Positions 61,971-64,000 of a stretch of DNA of 64,000 bases are shown here, piece by piece. A program made the position numbers and the translations under genes. Each line of letters opens with the position of its first letter. Position 1 is the stretch's first letter. This DNA is from Malacoraja senta (lineage: Eukaryota), in contig JAXLNO010000182.1 of NCBI GenBank assembly GCA_038087875.1, positions 1-64,000 of the forward strand, written 5' to 3'. The notes beneath the pieces were generated by a model. That model did not search any database. It was not told the DNA's origin and saw only the letters and a program-made list of their open reading frames with translations.

Positions 61971-63309
61971 AGAAATCATACAGTTGGGTTGCATCACAGC
62001 TTGGTTTGGGAAGAGCTCTGCCCATGACTGCAAGTAATTGTAAAGAGTTGTGTAAAAGTAGCCCGCTCCATCACACAGACCATAAGACATGGGAGCAGAA
62101 TTGGGTTGTTGAGCCCATCAAGTCTACTCTACTATTCAACCATGGCTGATCTATTTTTTCCTCTCAACCTCATTCTCCTGCCTGTGACCTTTGACACACT
62201 TACCAATCAAGAATCTATCAATCTCTGCTTTAAAAATACCCAATGACGGCATCCACAGCTGTCTGTGGCAATAAGTTCCACAGATTCATCACCCTCTTGC
62301 TAAAGAAATGAAGACTAAGCTCCCCACTAGTGACTCCATCTACACATCACGCTGCCTCGGGAAAGCAGTCAACATAATCAAAGAATTTTTCATCCCTCTC
62401 TTTCCTTCTTCTCCTCGTTGGGTCAAAGATACAGAAGCTTGAAAGTACACACTACCAGACTCAGGAAAGTTTATTCCCATATGGTATCAGGCTTCTCAAT
62501 GGCCCTTCCATAAACCAGGGTACAGTTTGATTTTGCTCCACCTCATTGTAGACCTTGGACTTTGTCTCTGAAACTGTTGCGCTACAATGTGGAAAACTAT
62601 ACTCTGCACTCTGTATCTTTCCCTTCGCTCTACATATTATACCCGAGTTTAACTTGAGTGTATTTACGTGGAGTATTATGCAGGCAGCACAGTGGTGTAG
62701 AGATAGGGTTGCTCCCTTGCAGCCCCAGAGATCCAGGTTCGATCTTGACTACGGATGCTGTCTGTACACAATTTGTACATTCTCCCTGTGACTGCGTGAC
62801 TTTCCTCCCACACGCCAAAGATGTACAGGTTAGTAGGTTAATTGGCTTTGGTAAGTTATAAAATTATCCTTGGTATGTAGGATAGTGTTAGTGTAAGGGG
62901 TGATTGCTGGATGGCACAGACTTGATGGGCCAAAGGGTCTGTTTCCGTGCTATATCGCTAACATCTAACGTAAATCAGATTTTGATTGGACAGCATGTAA
63001 AAGAATATTTTTCACTGTACCTGGGTACATGTGACAATAATAAACCTAAACCTAAAACTCAATTTAAAAGATGGTTGGACAGGTTTTGAGGGATACAAAT
63101 AACAGACAAATGAGATGAGCTTAGATGGGTTATCTGGGTTTGCATGGATACATTGGACAAAGGGGAAACATAAAAAACTGGAGTAACTCAGCGGGACAGG
63201 CAGCATCTCTGGAGAGAAGGAATGGGTGACGTTTCGGATTGAGACCCTTCTTCAGATGTAGGACCAAAGGGCCTGTCTCCATGCTGTTTGACTCTTTGAA
63301 GACACTTAC

Positions 63310-63716
63310 TTTGTATAGGATGTAAGCCTCCTCGATGGGGATGATGACATGGCCTTGGTGCTCACTGGAGCAAGAGCAAACCACACAGATGCCACCCTGG
63401 CACTCCAGACAGAAGAGCTTGTGCCACTCCTCATGCCGCTGGCAGTAGAAGGCCAGCTGTCCCTGGCGGGGCTCCAGCTTCAGCTCCCTCACGCCCTCCA
63501 CAATGTTGGCCAGCATGCGGTTGGGCTTCAACCTCTTCTCCTTGAACACCTCCCTGCACTCGGGGCAGGAGTAGAAGGCATCACCCAGCTCCGTGAGATG
63601 CACAGCCGGCAGAAGTTGTGGTCGCACTCCAGGGCCACCGGCTCCTGGAAGAAATCCAGGCAGGTGGAGCAGGTCACCTCGGTGAAGAGTCTACCGAGGG
63701 GTGGTAGGGAGGCCAT
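63310..63716 (-). CDS. TRIM B coding exon 1 (RING + B-box 2), 407 nt, frameshifted at 63584-63586
   Basis: Frame 1 gives MASLPPLGRLFTEVTCSTCLDFFQEPVALECDHNFCRLCISRSW. Frame 2 continues DAFYSCPECREVF...CQRHEEWHKLFCLECQGGICVVCSCSSEHQGH...YK. Donor AAA|GTAAGT. A likely upstream acceptor TTTTAATCCACAG| at 63757 suggests a non-coding exon further upstream. Confidence 0.9.
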
Positions 63717-64000
63717 TATCCAAGGTCCAGCCTTCTTAGCAAACCTCCGTCAAAATCTGTGGATTAAAACATAAACATGTAAATGTAGTGTCTTCCTGCG
63801 TTGTTTCATTGTTGATTAGGTGGAACCTGTGGTGTACATGTCCTATTTGCTCCCAGCACCAATGTTCCTCTGGAGATCAGAGCATTCAACAGGCCAAAGC
63901 TCCAGCATGAAGGGAGTGGCGGCACAGTGACACAGCGGTAGAGTTACTGCCTTAAAGCACAAGAGACCCGAGTTCGATCCTACGGGTGCAGTCTGTGCGG

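Larger units (their letters stand above)
44443..63716 (-). pseudogene. TRIM gene B (whole span): class IV TRIM paralogue with a single 1-bp frameshift in the RING exon; pseudogene, null allele or assembly error
   Basis: Six exons with intact GT-AG sites total 1406 nt. Adding one G at 63584-63586 restores a 1407-nt, 468-aa ORF. The gene identity is secure; the pseudogene status is not. Confidence 0.55.

Noticed and set aside
14282..63716. Assigning a gene symbol (TRIM39, TRIM21, TRIM27, TRIM69)
   Set aside because: The architecture is shared across class IV TRIMs, and orthology needs phylogeny and synteny.

Overview
Eukaryotic, repeat-dense genomic DNA, most likely from a cartilaginous fish (skate/ray/shark), judged from abundant HE1/V-SINE-type SINEs, CR1 LINEs and Penelope elements. 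The window holds two tandem minus-strand six-coding-exon TRIM genes (RING-Bbox-coiled coil-PRY/SPRY, class IV, TRIM39/TRIM21-like). I reconstructed both exon by exon from GT-AG junctions. Gene A (35235->14282; 414+96+231+23+119+524 = 1407 nt, 468 aa) is intact and has a perfect ISRE 33-44 bp upstream of its ATG. Gene B (63716->44443; 407+96+234+23+116+530 = 1406 nt) is intact except for a 1-bp deletion inside the RING exon, so it is a young pseudogene, a null allele or an assembly error. The rest is mostly CR1, Rex1/Babar-like, L1 and Penelope retroelements, SINEs and hAT-type non-autonomous DNA transposons. The most unusual observations are three. About 20 copies, many degenerate, of a minimal hammerhead-ribozyme motif are carried by Penelope terminal repeats. 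A pair of inverted ~1-kb hAT-like elements brackets gene A exon 1, and one supplies a promoter-like end, an ATG and an in-frame splice donor that could give a RING-less TRIM isoform. A very young L1 fragment has a 19-bp TSD. Repeat boundaries are approximate unless TSDs are quoted.
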